A stretch of 63,220 nt of DNA, counting the filler, from Octopus bimaculoides (taxonomy: Eukaryota), in assembly GCF_001194135.2 (NCBI RefSeq). It is 6 parts of 5 records of this genome, joined end to end, with 100 filler letters (N's around TTAATTAATTAA, not from the genome) between each part and the next. Parts side by side here need not be neighbours in the genome. Positions count along the whole stretch, not along the records: positions 1 to 18,882 come from NC_068983.1; positions 18,983 to 22,764 come from NC_068983.1; positions 22,865 to 44,043 come from NC_069000.1; 3 more parts are not named here. The stretch is one strand, 5' to 3'. Below the pieces are notes generated by a model that was not told the DNA's origin, made no database searches, and worked only from the letters and a program-made list of their open reading frames with translations. Below are positions 12,950 to 23,924 of this stretch, in pieces (position 1 is the stretch's first letter; each line of letters starts with the position of its first letter). The translations under genes and the position numbers were made by a program.

Positions 12950-13166
12950 ATATGTTTGTGTGTCTGTGTTTGTCCCCCCAACATCGCTTGATAACCGATG
13001 CTGGTGTCTTTACGTCTCCGTAACTTAGCAGTTCGGCAGAAGGGTCCGATAGAATAAGTACTAGGTTTACAAAGAATAAGTCCTGGGGTCGATTTGCTCG
13101 ACTAAAGGCGGTACTCCAGCATGGCCACAGTCAAATGACTGAAACAAGTAAAAGAGTAAAAGAGTA
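12715..13166 (+). mobile_element. SINE family B, full length
   Basis: tRNA-like head ggcgtaggagtggctgtgtagtaag..ggttccgggttcagtccc, central (TA)n(TG)n, tail gactgaaacaagtaaaagagtaaaagagt. Confidence 0.9.
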
Positions 13167-13556
13167 ACCCGGAATATAACAACTGCAGCTATAACTCGAA
13201 TAAGCCGACTACGTCGGTCACGAATGACCATAGGTGCACCGGGGTAGGGGTCCGGGTGGAAAGTGGCCGCACCGGCGAGCGCGCAACCTAAGGTTGTTTT
13301 TATGGAAGACCAGGGGTCGCCCATGCATACCAGCTTCCCCTCTCCACACCACCGATGTTATCCAAGGGAAAGGAAAAGGCTTTCATACAGCTTGGCACCA
13401 GAAACATCGCAACTTATTTCTACAGCTGAGTGAACTGGAGCAACGTGAAATAAAGTGTCTTACTCAAGAGCACAACACGCAGCCCAGTCCAGGAATCGAA
13501 CTCACAACCTCACGATCTTAAGCTCGACGCTTTAACCATTGAGCCATGCGCCTTCC
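13167..13556 (-). mobile_element. tRNA-derived SINE with a GC-rich 3' segment
   Basis: Minus head gaaggcgcatggctcaatggttaaagcgtc..gagttcgattcc (A- and B-box-like). Confidence 0.75.
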
Positions 13557-13586
13557 AAATGCAGCTATATTGCAATACAAAAATAG

Positions 13587-13900
13587 AGGCAGGGGTGGCT
13601 GTGTGGTAAGTAGCTTACTTACCAACCACATGATTCAAGGTTCAGTCCCACTGCGTGGCGTCTTGGGAAAGTGTCTTCTGCTATAGCTTCGGGCCGACCA
13701 AAGCCTTGTGAATGGATTTGGTAGACGGAAACTGAAAGAAGCCCGTCGTATATATGTATATATATATATATATATATATNNNNNNNNNNNNNNNNNNNNN
13801 NNNNNNNNNNNNNNNNNNNNNNNNNNNNNNNNNNNNNNNNNNNNNNNNNNNNNNNNNNNNNNNNNNNNNNNNNNNNNNNNNNNNNNNNNNNNNNNNNNNN

Positions 13901-13941
<41 letters not shown>

Positions 13942-14143
13942 TGTGTGTCTGTGTTTGTCCCCCTAACATTGCTTGACAACCGATGCTGGTGTGTTTACGT
14001 CTGCGTAACTTAGCGGTTCGGCAAAAGATACGATAAAATAAGTACTAGGCTTACAAAGAATAAGTCCTGGGGTCGATTTGCACGAGTGAAGGCGGTGCTC
14101 CAGCATGGCCGCAGTCAAATGACTGAAACATGTAAAAGAGTAA
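13587..14143 (+). mobile_element. SINE family B, full length (gap in the microsatellite)
   Basis: Same head, body and tail as 12715-13166. Confidence 0.9.
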
Positions 14144-14765
14144 GAAAGTAAAAGCGAGGTTAAAATAAAGTCCAGCTAATTGTAAAATGTTGTTTACGGA
14201 AACCCCATCTAACAAGAAATCTTCATTTAGAATTAACAATACACTTTGTATATTCTTCGCTCAGATTAAGCCTACCCAGGAATGGCTTGAATATAAGAAC
14301 TGTAATCCATAACATTCAACGTATTTTGCAGAGGTCTCATAAAGAAGACACCGAGAACGCTCGAAAGGTCAAAATATAGGAACATCAAAAGTCCTTTATG
14401 AGACTAGAAATATCTGAATCAGAAATAGTTGAATATATATGGTGCCAAGAAGGAAATTATATACTGCTATGAAATGAAATATCTGATTGATAGAGAACCA
14501 CAGAGGAAAATTAAGCAAAAATCAGAAAAGCAGTTAATATAAAGCTTGCTAAAATCAATAAGCGCTATACTGGCATCAGCTTTATGGAGTTGGTTTAACT
14601 GTGAGATAATTTATATAAGCTAAAAATGTGCAGGTATGGCTGTTGTGTTTAGAGATTCGCTCCGCAATGATATGGTTTCGGGTTCACTCTGATTTTCCGG
14701 TTTGTCGGCCAAGTATCTTGTACTCTGCAGAAATCCATTTGATGCGTGCACATGGGCGTGTGTGC

Positions 14766-14801
<36 letters not shown>

Positions 14802-14817
14802 ATGTGTGCGTGCGTAT

Positions 14818-14848
<31 letters not shown>

Positions 14849-15603
14849 CCAGTTGTATCAGCCATGGTGAAGGTGCGTGGCTTAGTGTTTAGGGTGTTCG
14901 GCTCACGGCCGTAANNNNNNNNNNNNNNNNNNNNNNNNNNNNNNNNNNNNNNNNNNNNNNNNNNNNNNNNNNNNNNNNNNNNNNNNNNNNNNNNNNNNNN
15001 NNNNNNNNNNNNNNNNNNNNNNNNNNNNNNNNNNNNNNNNNNNNNNNNNNNNNNNNNNNNNNNNNNNNNNNNNNNNNNNNNNNNNNNNNNNNNNNNNNNN
15101 NNNNNNNNNNNNNNNNNNNNNNNNNNNNNNNNNNNNNNNNNNNNNNNNNNNNNNNNNNNNNNNNNNNNNNNNNNNNNNNNNNNNNNNNNNNNNNNNNNNN
15201 NNNNNNNNNNNNNNNNNNNNNNNNNNNNNNNNNNNNNNNNNNNNNNNNNNNNNNNNNNNNNNNNNNNNNNNNNNNNNNNNNNNNNNNNNNNNNNNNNNNN
15301 NNNNNNNNNNNNNNNNNNNNNNNNNNNNNNNNNNNNNNNNNNNNNNNNNNNNNNNNNNNNNNNNNNNNNNNNNNNNNNNNNNNNNNNNNNNNNNNNNNNN
15401 NNNAGGGAGTACCAGATTTGTTTTGTGAAAGCAGGCTATTGTAATCACTTGTCTTTGTCTGTTTGTCTGTGTGTTTGCAAAATTACTGGAAAAGGGCAGA
15501 ACGGGTTTTCACCTAATTTGGCAGAAATATTCATTGGGTGAGTGGCTCGAAATGATGAACATTTGGTTTGATTATCTTCAAACGTACATAAACACATACG
15601 TAG

Positions 15604-16050
15604 ATGTGCGACTCGGTGTGTGTATGTGCGTGTGTGTGTGCGTGTGTGTGTGTGTGTGTGCATGTGTGTGTATGTGCATGTGTGCGTGTGTGTATGTGTG
15701 CATGTGTGCGTGCGTATGTGTGTCTATGTGTGTGCATGTGTGGGTGCGTGTGTGTGTTTATATGTGCCCATGTGTGTGCGTGTATGTGTATGTGCGTGTG
15801 TCTATATGTGTGCATGTGTGTGAGTGTGTGTATGTGTATCTGTTCGTGCGTTTGTGTGTGTCTATGTGTGTGCATGTGTGTGTGCTTGTGTGTGTGCGCG
15901 TACATGTGTGTGTGTCTATGTGTGTGCATGTGTGTGTATGTGTGTATGTCTATGTGTGTGCATGTGTGTGTATTGTGTGTGTCTATGTGTGTGCACGTGT
16001 GTGTGTATGTGTGTGCGTTTATGTGTGCGCATGTGTGTGTGTGTATGTGT
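15604..16050. repeat. Complex (TG/TGTA/TGCA) microsatellite-minisatellite
   Basis: Direct reading; source of the VC- and HT-repeat ORFs. Confidence 0.95.
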
Positions 16051-16484
16051 AATATAATAAGTGACAATTATTCGGTTGCAACCAAATAATTGTCACATAT
16101 TTTATTACAAATTAATTCTTCTATTTACATAATAACGAGGTCACTTTCATTCTTTTGTTGTCTTACCATTACTATTATATATATATATAAACAATATATG
16201 AGTATATGCATATATATATGTACATGTATGTACATACCTTCATCTACATGTATATATAGATACGTAACTGGGTACATGACGTGATAAAAGAACATGGACA
16301 AAATGATAAACAAGGTACAACAAACAAGCAAGCCNNNNNNNNNNATATATATATATACGTATGTATGCATGTATGTATGCATATGTGTATATATGTATAT
16401 TTGCATGTATATATGAATGTAGATGTGTATATAAGATTCTATGAATATGTGTGTGTGTGTGTGTGTGTGTGTTCTGTGTATGTT

Positions 16485-16795
16485 TGTATGGCTTTGTGGT
16501 TTGGTTATTCGACTCACGATTGTAAGGTCATGACTTCCATATCCGGCGGCGCACTATGTCCTTAAGCAAGAGACTTTATTTCACATTCCTTCCATCCTAC
16601 TCAATTGGCAAAAGTGAGTAATACCCGTATTTCAAAGGGCCAGCTTTACCACATTGTGTGTCACGCTGAATGTCCTTGAGAACTATGTTAAGAGTACGTA
16701 TGTCTGAGGAGTACTCAACCACTTGCAAGTTTCTTTCACGAGCAGCTTCTTCGGACGAACTGATCCACCCGCCATCATAACAGACGGAGTGTTAG
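16485..16795 (+). mobile_element. SINE family C, diverged
   Basis: tgtatttcaaagggccagc..tcacgctgaat..gagaactatgttaag..gacggagt, shared with 18983-19312. Confidence 0.7.
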
Positions 16796-16804
16796 TAGCT
16801 ATAT

Positions 16805-17118
16805 CTATGTATCTGTGTGTGTGTTTGCGTGTGTGTGTGTGTATGTATGTGTATGTATGTATGTGTGTGTATGTGTGTGTATGTGTGTATGAGTGTGTAT
16901 GTGTGTATGTGTGTATGTGTGTGTATGTGTGTGCATGTGTGTATGTGTGTGTATGTGTGTGTGGGTATGTGTGTGTATGTCTGTATGTGTGTGTGTATGT
17001 GTGTGTATGTGTGTGCGTTTGTGTGTATGTGTGTGTATGTGCGTGTATGTGTGTGTGCGTGTGTATGTGTGTGTATGTGTGCATGTGTGTGTGTGTGTGT
17101 GTGAGTGTGTGTGTGCGT
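16805..17118. repeat. (TGTGTA)-type complex microsatellite
   Basis: Direct reading. Confidence 0.95.
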
Positions 17119-17896
17119 ACATCGTCTGAAACAATCTCAATAAATCAACGAGAAGAATAAATTATATTTACGTGAGCATGCATGTTTGTTTGTGTGTCTG
17201 TGTGCATTCGCGTCTTTGGGTGCGCGTGTGCGCTAATCTAAAGGAAACTACGATGCATAATGTGATAGAATATCGTAAAACTGAAAAGGAATCTTTGCCC
17301 TTAAGGAAATTACATTATCTTTAATCTGACTGGAATTCTAAATAAGGAAAATGTATTCATATATTCATAATTTTAAATAAGACATATACAATTTAATGCC
17401 GTAAAAAATAACAAGCTATGCTAAGTTTATATTCTAATCTTAGAAAAATTCCGTAAATATACTAAACATTCTGAATTTGTACACGTATCACAGAAAAGAA
17501 TCTATCTTTAACTTATCAGTTATTCCTCTCAAGAAAACTGAGAACGTTAATTTTTACGTCGAAGCTTTCAAATCTCGGCACTTCTTGAAAGGAATGTTTT
17601 AGCTTCGTCTTCTGACTCATTTGGCTTTTCCAGTGTTTTGTGGGTATGTTGTAATTATATATAGTATCTGAAGAGACGGACAGAGGTGTTTCTCAACCTA
17701 CATCACTTAACAACTGTTCTTGGTGTGTTTTCGTCCTCGTAAAGTAGCAATTCGGTAAAAGACACCGATAAAATTAGTATCAGGCCTTAAAACATAATAA
17801 ATACTGGAGCCGATTCATGTGACTAACAAAACATTCTTCTTTTACTCTTTTACTGCTTTCAGTTATTTTGACTATGGCCCTATTGAGCACCGATAT

Positions 17897-17933
<37 letters not shown>

Positions 17934-18316
17934 NNNNNNNNNNNNNNNNNNNNNNNNNNNNNNNNNNNNNNNNNNNNNNNNNNNNNNNNNNNNNNNNNNN
18001 NNNNNNNNNNNNNNNNNNNNNNNNNNNNNNNNNNNNNNNNNNNNNNNNNNNNNNNNNNNNNNNNNNNNNNNNNNNNNNNNNNNNNNNNNNNNNNNNNNNN
18101 NNNNNNNNNNNNNNNNNNNNNNNNNNNNNNNNNNNNNNNNNNNNNNNNNNNNNNNNNNNNNNNNNNNNNNTATATATATATATATATATGGGGAAAATAT
18201 ACAGGGTAGGAAAATTATAGAAAGTTTTCTACCAGTGGCCTAGAACGCAGAAAATAGTCAATAGACTATATATTATTCATATAAAATTGGTCTACATTTA
18301 TACACATACGAGGTAC

Positions 18317-18354
18317 CTTGACAGGACACCTAACATGCTAGGTGTCCTGTCAAG
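18317..18354. repeat. 38-bp quasi-palindrome (16-bp perfect arms)
   Basis: cttgacaggacaccta-acatgc-taggtgtcctgtcaag. Confidence 0.95.
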
Positions 18355-18882
18355 TCACGTCTTATGTGTTTAAATGCACACTAATTTTATATATATATAT
18401 ATACATACATACACGCACATTTGTGTGCGTGTGTGTGTATGTATGTTTGTGTGTGTGTGTGTCTATCAAATACTTCTGAAATATACCACTTGTCATCGCT
18501 TAACAACTGTTCTTGGTGTGTTTTCGTCCTCGTAAAGTAGCAATTCGGTAAAAGACACCGATAAAATTAGTATCAGGCCTTAAAACATAATAAATACTGG
18601 AGCCGATTCATGTGACTAACAAAACATTCTTCTTTTACTCTGTCAATTTTATAACAGAGCAGATACAAACTTTAAAAATATTGTTCTGCAATTATTTTTC
18701 TCAGTTCTCGCGAATCAGTTTAGCACTTTGTGTCTTTATGAAAACTGTGAATAACCAATGTTGTTTTAATTAAAAGAAAAACCTTTTTGTCTTTTCTTTT
18801 CTTCTTCGTACCGAAATATAATTAGTTGCTCTAGCAGCAGCCATCGACTCTTTTCCAAATTAAACAAATTGCCGAATGTGTG

Positions 18883-18982
18883 NNNNNNNNNNNNNNNNNN
18901 NNNNNNNNNNNNNNNNNNNNNNNNNNTTAATTAATTAANNNNNNNNNNNNNNNNNNNNNNNNNNNNNNNNNNNNNNNNNNNN
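18883..18982. other. Assembly placeholder gap (44 N + TTAATTAATTAA + 44 N); the same structure occurs at 22765-22864, 44044-44143, 48715-48814 and 60571-60670
   Basis: Five identical 100-bp structures with a palindromic linker carrying stop codons in all six frames. Confidence 0.95.
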
Positions 18983-19312
18983 GTTTCGATTCCCAGACCG
19001 GGCGTTGTGAGTGTTTATTGAGCAAAAACACCTAAAGTTCCACAAGGCTCTGGCAGGGGATGGTGGCGAACCCTGCTGTACTCTTTCACCACAACTTTCT
19101 CTCACTCTTACTTCCTGTTTCTGTTGTGCCTGTATTTCAAAGGGCCTGCCTTGTCACACTCTGTCACGCTGAATCTCCCCGAGAACTACATTAAGGGTAC
19201 ACCTGTCTGTGGAGTGCTCAGCCACTTGCACATTAATTTCATGAGCAGGCTGTTCCGTTGATCGGATCAACTGGAACCCTCGACGTTGTAAGCGACGGAG
19301 TGCCAACAACAC
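18983..19312 (+). mobile_element. SINE family C, young copy
   Basis: gtttcgattcccagaccgggcgttgtg...gacggagtgccaacaac; closely matches 49748-50058. Confidence 0.85.
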
Positions 19313-19776
19313 AAAAAAAAAGTGTAAATATATTAGGAAAAGAATCACTCCAGCAGATCACAAAGAAGCTATGGAGAATATTTTACATTAGGTTTTTTTT
19401 TATCTAGTTGAGTTTTGTTAATTGTGTGCCATTTTTCATGATCCTCTCTCACTTGACCTAGATATTTTAAGCTTTTGTTGCATTTCTGATGTCTAAGGAT
19501 GGATATTGATGTGTATGAGTCTGTTTTAAAACGAAATTCTGGAGAATTGAGGAGGTAAATTTACTTTGTCATGGCTTACTCATTTTGCCCTAGTTAAATT
19601 TGTCTTTTATACGCTCAAAGAGAATGGTGATAATTTTATGAGAGTTCAGATTATGTTATGACGTTTTTAACGTATTTGCTGATATAGTTTTTGTTAGGTT
19701 TTAAACAATAGTAAAAAAAAAAAAAATTTTTCTCAGTCAAAAGTCCAATAAAAACTCCTCATTCTTCCCCTCCACC

Positions 19777-19807
<31 letters not shown>

Positions 19808-20065
19808 TTATATACTGAGGGTGATAATAAAGTACGAACATAGTCACAGCAAAAGGGTCATCTATACCAAGACGCTGGTGTATTATAGTGGTTGGGGCCA
19901 CTCAACCCGAATCTACGCGCTCATCAGGATGTTCTGGTGTTTGCTAAATTTTTTCAGGAGAACATTATTTTTCTTTGTGGTTGGGTCGTTGATGACCTCT
20001 TTCTAGCATATCCGATGTCCACTTAGTGGTCATCCCTTCTTATTCATATATATATATATATATAT

Positions 20066-20232
20066 CATCATCATCATCATCATCATTTAACGTCCGCTTT
20101 CCATGCTAGCATGGGTTGGACGATTTGACTGAGGACTGGTGAAACCGGATGGCAACACCAGGCTCCAATCTAATTTGGCAGAGTTTCTACAGCTGGATGC
20201 CCTTCCCAACGCCAACCACTCAGAGAGTGTAG
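20066..20232 (-). mobile_element. RTE LINE 3' end, young subfamily, with (GAT)n tail
   Basis: (cat)n-ttaacgtccgctttccatgctagcatgggttggacg...; the same sequence is attached to RTE ORF2 at 23925-24490. Confidence 0.85.
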
Positions 20233-20997
20233 TGGGTGCTTATATATGGGGTGGACCATGCATCAACCTATATATAGTACTAGCTGACATACCTGGTAAT
20301 TCTTGGAAAAGTGGGGCTTATCCCTTGGTTCTGTTCTCATAATTGTTTCGCTAATCCAATAACAACAACACAAAGTATGTAACCCTTAAAACAGTTTTTG
20401 TGCATTTACAGACAATACCGAACTGTCTGACACAAATTTCTGACTTTGTACCTATGCTAAAAATTATTGTAAGGGCAATGGATTGGCAGGGTCAGAAGCA
20501 AGGCGGATAAAATGCTTTGTGGCATTTAGCTACATCTCTATGTTCTGAGTTCAATTCCTGCAGTGGGTGGGTCAATTTTATTGCCTTTCATCATTACAGA
20601 AAGTTGATAAAAATAAGTACAGGAATCAACATAATTGACTGCTTCCTCTCTGAAGATTTTGTTAGAAATCATTATTATTAGCATTGTCATACCACTGAAG
20701 ACTAGGTTTTTAGATTTGTTGTATCTGGATTAATGCATTTTAATTCCTCTCCAACCCTTCCTTTATTGTAGCTAGGACACAAGGTGGAAAAAAAAAAACA
20801 TGAAGACACCATAATAGAGCAGTGTGGTAGTAACTCCTTGGAAATGTGAGGTTATACTGGGGTAGCAAATATGAAGGGGCATTTTGAGAGTGTGTAAAGG
20901 GGTTGTGATTTTTCAAAGAAATATTTAATTGTGTCTGGGAGGGTACAAGAAGTTATTGCAATAGCTCTCAAATTCCTAAAAGCCATTAACATATATA

Positions 20998-21290
20998 CTG
21001 GTTCTAAGAAGACATGGGATGAGGTAGTGAAGCACGACCTTCGAACATTAGGCCTCACTGAGGCATTAACTAGTGACCGAGACCTTTGGAAATATGCTGT
21101 GCTTGAAAAGACCTGGCAAGCTAAGTGAGATCATAACCTGTGGCCTTTGCCAGGGGTGTAACCAGCCCACTTATGCGTACCTTTCCCTCATTGGACACTA
21201 AACTCTGCTTGCGAAGACCTGTTGAGGCAAGTGAAATCAAAATCGAACCAAATTCGACGACTGGCACCTGTGCCAACCTTTCCTTCATTA
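20998..21290 (+). mobile_element. RTE LINE ORF2 C-terminus and 3' UTR fragment
   Basis: KKTWDEVVKHDLRTLGLTEALTSDRDLWKYAVLEKTWQAK*, the same peptide family as 24366-24490. Confidence 0.85.
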
Positions 21291-21316
21291 GAGAGATTTA
21301 TGCAGTAGTGATACGA

Positions 21317-21548
21317 TGAAGTAGTTGTATGCTGTCAACTTAATGTGACAGTCCCATGAAGGAAATAATACTACTGTTGTTTAGACCTAGGAAGCTGCAC
21401 CGTTTCCTGTCTCCCCCTTGTAAACATAAGGACGCAAGAAATGTGTCAAGGCCGACAGGAAGCGGTGCAGCTTCCTAGGTCTAAACAACAGTAGTATTAT
21501 TCCCTTCATGGGACTGTCACATTAAGTTGACAGCATACAACTACTTCA
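21317..21548. repeat. Long inverted repeat / MITE-like fold-back element
   Basis: Arms 21317-21411 and 21454-21548 (95 bp each, 2 mismatches) around a 42-nt partly self-complementary spacer. Confidence 0.95.
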
Positions 21549-21805
21549 AGTTTGACTCTGTTGCAATAATTCAAACCAGATTTCCTGTTTCTTCCTATAT
21601 TTTCCTACCGCTAATCTTGGAGGCTCTGAGAAAGATTATGGGTGGTGACCCTCTTCCTCTAATTTGCTATAAAAATGTATTTTTTAATGAGACGTGAATT
21701 ACCTTAACCAATATTAATACATTTATAAGGATTTAACATGGATTTTTTCAATTCTCTGATGCATCAAAAAAAAAAAAAAAGAGAAAAAATAGTAAAGGTA
21801 CTCAC

Positions 21806-22295
21806 CAGTAGTCATCAGATGATCTCTGTAGAATGGAAAACGAAACTGTCCTATTAATATGCACAAATATTGATGCATATTTGGGAACATTTGGTTAAAG
21901 CCTGTTGCATTTGTTGCAAAGTTAGCAAAAGCACCAGCGCTTATAACCAACAATATAGTTCTTGGATGGTAACCAACAATATAGTTCTTGGATGGATCAA
22001 GCTCTGCTGTCTTGATGAGATTTATAGGAAAGTAATCAGCAAAGTATTTCCAAATGGGATTGTTTAATTGCCACAGAAGACAACGGCCTCCTTGCTCACA
22101 TGTGTTGATGTCATAGATGTACCATATTAAATAAGCCAGAAGTATGAAATAATATTTAGTGAACAAAAGGTAGATGAAGATGGCAAGACTTCCAAAACCC
22201 AAGCATATGAAACCCAGTGTCCATAGAAAGACAAAAGCTGTCTGTATACGTCTTTCAAAAGGAATTGGAGCAAACACTGATCCTAATATATTCAT
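21806..22295 (-). CDS. DGAT2/MOGAT-family acyltransferase, first coding exon (HPHG motif disrupted; possible pseudogene or pseudoenzyme)
   Basis: ATG at 22295. Acceptor ttttattgcttttag| 7 nt upstream (exon starts 22302); donor G|GTGAGT at 21806/21805 (phase 1). Motifs FAP..ERRxQT, WKYFADYFP, LIKTAELDPSKNY, GAFANF and FRFPFYRD. Most similar by eye to MOGAT2/DGAT2; orthology unresolved. Confidence 0.9.
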
Positions 22296-22479
22296 AGTTA
22301 GCCTAAAAGCAATAAAATTTCAAATATGTGTTACCTGAATAGAGAATATGTGTTCCAAATGACTAAACGATATAAAAGAGAGAAAATGTCACTAGGGAGA
22401 ATTGTATGTAGTAGAATAATAGTAATGTACTTGTCTTTTCTGACACTGGAAAAAAAGATATGAAAATGCTACCTCAACG

Positions 22480-22764
22480 TGTTACTGAATGAAGAGAATG
22501 CATGGAACAAATAGGGGGTGCTGCAAGTAGACCCAACAAAAAGAGCAACCATTGAAGTTGACAGCTGTATCTGTGAAAGCACAACTAAAGATAAGAAAGT
22601 GGAGAAGACAGCTGACCTATTAGGAACATTCACTGGTAGATTGATACCTGTGAACCCAATAACTGGCCTAACAGTCTGATCATCAACTGCTACAAGGGCA
22701 AAGGAGATGCCCCAGAGGGCTAGCTGCAGAGGTATCAAATTAATGGACCAAGTTACTGAGAATT
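22480..22764 (+). mobile_element. Decayed RTE LINE reverse-transcriptase start
   Basis: IINCYKGKGDA...RGIKLMDQV-like peptide running into a gap. Confidence 0.7.
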
Positions 22765-23924
22765 NNNNNNNNNNNNNNNNNNNNNNNNNNNNNNNNNNNN
22801 NNNNNNNNTTAATTAATTAANNNNNNNNNNNNNNNNNNNNNNNNNNNNNNNNNNNNNNNNNNNNTAGTTGCAAGCTAGGTGGGAAAAATCACATCTTAAT
22901 AAAAAAAAATCATTAAAAAGTTTATTAAAATTTCATACCTTTTCATTACTTTTGGCCCTCCCTGTATATTATGTATATACTTATCAATCTATCTTTTCTT
23001 CCTTATACTTAGCTTGCTATTGCTCTCTCTCTCTCTCTCTCTCTCTCTCTACCATTTTCACTTAATTATCTCTCTCTTTCTCTATCTGCATATCCTTCTT
23101 TCTTGTTTCCTGTCTTCCCCCCTATCTAGTTTTCCTTCTATAATTCTATCCCTATCTACATGTGTGGCCACTCCTTCCCCCTTTCTCTCAGCCCACTAGT
23201 GCCCTTTTGTTCTCTCCACTCCTATTTCAAACCACCCACTCTTTTTGCACTGGCCATTCTTGTAGTCAATCCTCTTACAGTCAATGCTCTTTTTCTAGCT
23301 CCTGATTTGTCCAAGAACTTTAATTTAATTTCAGTTCCTGGTATGTCTTACTTTTAAAAAATATTTTAAAATTATTATTATACTTGGGGATGGTCATATC
23401 TTGCAAATTAAACACATGCACATTATATTTGGTCTTCACTTCGGCTTTATTTTTATTACTTTAATTTCTTTGTAAAAGTACTTATGTTACACATTCTGTG
23501 TCCTTTTCAGTAACTCTATCCCACATGTCTTATTTTGCTTATTCCAATTTTAAATTATCATTTATATATTTTTCTAAGTATAAAAGGACATTCATCTTTC
23601 CTATTAGCATTACTTCACACAAACACATCTTACTTTTGTCACATAGTTGCAAGATAGTCTTTGTATATGATTGTCTCTCTGAGTTATTTATTAATTTTTC
23701 CGTTATTGTTCTTGCCTTTTTGTTTCTTTTCATCATCATTCTTTAACGTCTCTTTTCCATGCTGGTATGGGTCAGACAGTTTAACTGGAGCTGGCAAGCT
23801 GGAGAGCCACACCAGGTTCCAGTCTGATTTGGTTTGGTTTCTATAGACAGACACTCTTCCTAATGCCAACCACTTATGCAATCCTTATGCAAAAATCAAA
23901 CACTTGCAAGAATCTAGAGTAAGC

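Noticed and set aside
13480-13556. tRNA-like A/B-box sequences (here and at other SINE heads)
   Set aside because: They run directly into SINE bodies and do not form complete cloverleaves, so they are not tRNA genes.
14334-14404. 11-bp inverted repeat gtctcataaag / ctttatgagac
   Set aside because: With a ~49-nt spacer, about one such match is expected by chance in a window this size.
18927-18938. Recurring TTAATTAATTAA as a biological motif or CRISPR-like repeat
   Set aside because: Always centred in exactly 44+44 Ns, so it is an assembly linker. No CRISPR array or prokaryotic system is evident in this eukaryotic window.
20810-20990. Possible second acyltransferase exon (ttttag|GAATTTGA...)
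   Set aside because: The required phase gives Gly-Ile-stop and no DGAT2 motifs follow.
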